A stretch of DNA of 42,821 bases. Origin: Candidatus Vogelbacteria bacterium RIFOXYB1_FULL_42_16 (GTDB lineage Bacteria > Patescibacteriota > Minisyncoccia > Phycocordibacterales > XYD1-FULL-46-19). The position numbers and the translations under genes are program-made. The DNA lies in the NCBI GenBank assembly GCA_001823055.1, contig MHTH01000015.1, positions 1 through 42,821 on the forward strand, given 5' to 3'. The stretch's first letter is position 1; the number at the start of each line of letters is the position of its first letter. The notes beneath the pieces are model-generated. The model did no database searches, had not been told where the DNA came from, and saw only the letters and a program-made list of their open reading frames with translations. Below, one piece after another: positions 41,217-42,821 of this stretch.

Positions 41217-42221
41217 ATGCCTAAATATGAAATACCATTTTTTGCTGAAATTATCTCTTTAGATAATCTTTTTGCTAGTTGGAATGAATTTAGGCAAGAT
41301 AAAAAAACTAAAACCGATGTAGTTCTTTTTTCCGCTAACTTAATTGCTAATCTGCTAAAATTAGAGCAAGAATTAAAAACTGGTCTCTATCGGCACGGAC
41401 AATATTATCATTTTAAAATCAGCGACCCTAAACCACGCGATATTCATAAGGCGTTGGTCAAAGATCGAGTTGTTCATCATGCTCTTTATCGCGCTTTGTA
41501 CCCATATTTTGAACGGTTGTTTATTTTTGATTCTTATTCTTGCCGACTTAAAAAGGGGACTCATCGAGCAATTGGGCGATTGGCTAAATTTGCCGGTCAA
41601 TGTAGCCAAAACCAAACTTTAGCAATCTCGGTTTTGAAAGGAGATATAAAAAAATGCTTTGCCTCCATTGATCACCAAACACTCAAAGCTATTCTTGCCA
41701 GACAAGTTAAGGATCCCGAGACGATGAATCTTTTGAGTATGGTCATTGATAGTTTTTCACCCAATGAAGAAAAAGTGGGGTTACCGCTCGGTAATCTGAC
41801 CAGTCAGCTTTTTGTTAATGTTTATCTCAATGAACTTGATCGATTTGTTAAGCACCAGCTTAAAGAAAAATATTATCTTCGTTATACCGATGATTTTGTG
41901 ATTCTAAGTAGTGACCAAGAAAGATTGAAAAATTTAATTCCTCAAATTAATTTATTTTTGGCTAACAACTTAAAACTTACTCTTCATCCCACTAAAGTTC
42001 TAGTAAAAACTTTTTCGTCAGGTATCGATTTTCTGGGTTGGGTTCATTTTTTTAATCACCGCGTCTTGCGGACAGTCACTAAAAAAAGAATGTTTGCTAA
42101 GATTAAAGAACAACCAACCCCGGCCATCATCAATTCTTATCTTGGGCTTTTGAAACATGGCCACGCTTTTAAATTACAGGAAAGAATTAGAAAGCTAAAA
42201 AATGTTGACGCCAGCCCTTAA
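41217..42221 (+). CDS. DGR reverse transcriptase
   Basis: RT motifs are present, including YTDD (YLRYTDDFVILS) and the DGR-typical LGNLTSQ (GLPLGNLTSQLFVNVYLNELD). At 334 aa it is adjacent to TR and avd. Confidence 0.9.
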   Translation: MPKYEIPFFAEIISLDNLFASWNEFRQDKKTKTDVVLFSANLIANLLKLEQELKTGLYRHGQYYHFKISDPKPRDIHKALVKDRVVHHALYRALYPYFERLFIFDSYSCRLKKGTHRAIGRLAKFAGQCSQNQTLAISVLKGDIKKCFASIDHQTLKAILARQVKDPETMNLLSMVIDSFSPNEEKVGLPLGNLTSQLFVNVYLNELDRFVKHQLKEKYYLRYTDDFVILSSDQERLKNLIPQINLFLANNLKLTLHPTKVLVKTFSSGIDFLGWVHFFNHRVLRTVTKKRMFAKIKEQPTPAIINSYLGLLKHGHAFKLQERIRKLKNVDASP

Positions 42222-42256
42222 TTTAAAAACACAAATATGTTATCATTTGATCGTCT

Positions 42257-42649
42257 ATGGCAAAAGATTACTCTGATTGGCACAACAGAAAAACAAGTAT
42301 TGATAACACTGCTCTCGAGCGAGTCTTTTTTCATGAGCGTGAGGTTTGGTGGTGTGCCATTGGGCTCAATGTGGGTTTTGAACAAGATGGTAAGGGTGAA
42401 GAATTTGTTAGGCCAGTAGTGGTCTTCAAAAAATTTAATAAAGAGGTCTTTTGGGCTATACCATTAACAACCAGAAACAAAACTGGTCGTTACTATGTTC
42501 CCATTGATCTTGGTGATGGCGTTGAACGTTCCGCCATTATTTCACAGCTTCGATTGATTGATGCTAAGAGATTGAAGGACAAGTTTAATGTTGTTAAAGA
42601 AGCTGATTTTGCTGAAATTGAAAAAGCGGTTATCGCTCTATGCCGATAG
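42257..42649 (+). CDS. PemK/MazF-family toxin-like endoribonuclease
   Basis: REVWWCAIGLNVGFEQDGKGEEFVRPVVVF...IPLTT...SAIISQLRLIDAKRL matches the MazF/PemK pattern (G.EQ.G..RP, P.T, Q.R.ID..RL). Confidence 0.8.
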   Translation: MAKDYSDWHNRKTSIDNTALERVFFHEREVWWCAIGLNVGFEQDGKGEEFVRPVVVFKKFNKEVFWAIPLTTRNKTGRYYVPIDLGDGVERSAIISQLRLIDAKRLKDKFNVVKEADFAEIEKAVIALCR

Positions 42650-42750
42650 CCACTTTCTCTGAAGTTTTTCTGGCGAGGTAACCTCGCCGAGGCCGAAGCC
42701 GTTTATATCTTTATACTAGTCTATACTGGCTCAAAAGTCAAGTTATTCGA

Positions 42751-42779
42751 TTGAAATTTATCAACCACTATCATATAAT
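42751..42779 (+). promoter_or_regulatory. promoter TTGAAA-17-TATAAT, leaderless configuration
   Basis: The -10 element ends 6 nt before the ATG at 42786. Confidence 0.5.
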
Positions 42780-42785
42780 ATCCCC

Positions 42786-42821
42786 ATGTCCCCCGAAAAC
42801 CCCACTAACCCCAACGACAAC
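42786..42821 (+). CDS. 5' end of an unknown gene (truncated by window edge)
   Basis: The ATG at 42786 directly follows a consensus promoter. Only 12 codons (MSPENPTNPNDN) are visible. Confidence 0.3.
   Translation, partial: MSPENPTNPNDN

Noticed and set aside
41217-42221. RT as a retron or group II intron reverse transcriptase
   Set aside because: There are no group II intron RNA domains, such as a domain V-like hairpin or a GUGYG 5' end, and no maturase/En domains. No msr/msd-like inverted repeats are present. The LGNLTSQ motif together with the adjacent TR/VR and Avd-like gene identifies it as a DGR RT.
1-42821. Alternative genetic code (UGA as Gly/Trp), as in some CPR lineages
   Set aside because: Conserved genes end at their expected C-termini. 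smc and the PKD/LTD gene at 10044-11333 end on in-frame TGA stops, while rpoB and rpoC end on TAA. No conserved gene in the window needs UGA read-through to reach normal length.
1-42821. CRISPR arrays, rRNA genes, prophage structural modules, transposase genes
   Set aside because: I found no regularly spaced direct repeats, no rRNA-like conserved stretches, and no capsid, terminase, integrase or transposase-like ORFs by inspecting the ORF track and intergenic regions.

Overview
This 42.8-kb window comes from a low-GC, compact bacterial genome. No UGA recoding is needed, so the standard code applies. Gene content and style suggest an uncultivated Patescibacteria/CPR-like organism: lamin-tail/PKD secreted proteins, a Gmad2-like protein, a lysine-rich sigma-70 N-terminus, an intein, a tRNA intron and a DGR. 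This taxonomic call is inference only.

The core backbone is: smc, rnr (-), rpsP, rplJ-rplL, KH protein and trmD, rpoB-rpoC-dnaG-rpoD, a DsbA-like gene, a tRNA-binding protein, tsaC-like, tRNA-Ala(CGC), pepF, tRNA-Asn(GUU), a VanY-like peptidase and a cold-shock protein.

Three selfish or diversifying elements stand out:
1. A 560-aa LAGLIDADG intein sits exactly in the Walker A P-loop of SMC.
2. A 276-nt ORF-less group I intron sits in the anticodon loop of tRNA-Asn(GUU).
3. A complete diversity-generating retroelement (DGR) lies at about 40.1-42.2 kb. It has a 121-nt TR/VR pair with 11/11 adenine-specific differences, an inverted avd carrying a C10 tract, and an RT with an LGNLTSQ motif.

The DGR target is the most interesting point. 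It is the C-terminus of a cytoplasmic MoxR-like AAA+ ATPase. That ATPase is the last gene of a tightly packed three-gene operon whose first gene encodes an HExxH + vWA(MIDAS) protein. I interpret this as a candidate hypervariable intracellular sensor/effector system.

Other accessory signals:
- Two NYN (PIN-like) paralogs, each with a convergent near-consensus promoter and short terminator-capped RNA at its 3' end.
- A 19-bp perfect direct repeat bracketing one NYN cassette.
- Several inverted-repeat-bounded intergenic elements.
- A small higher-GC two-ORF unit.
- A 34-aa hydrophobic peptide gene.
- An orphan MazF/PemK toxin next to the DGR RT.
- A recurring leaderless-mRNA promoter architecture (TGcTAnnAT 6-8 nt before the ATG).

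I found no rRNA and no CRISPR array.
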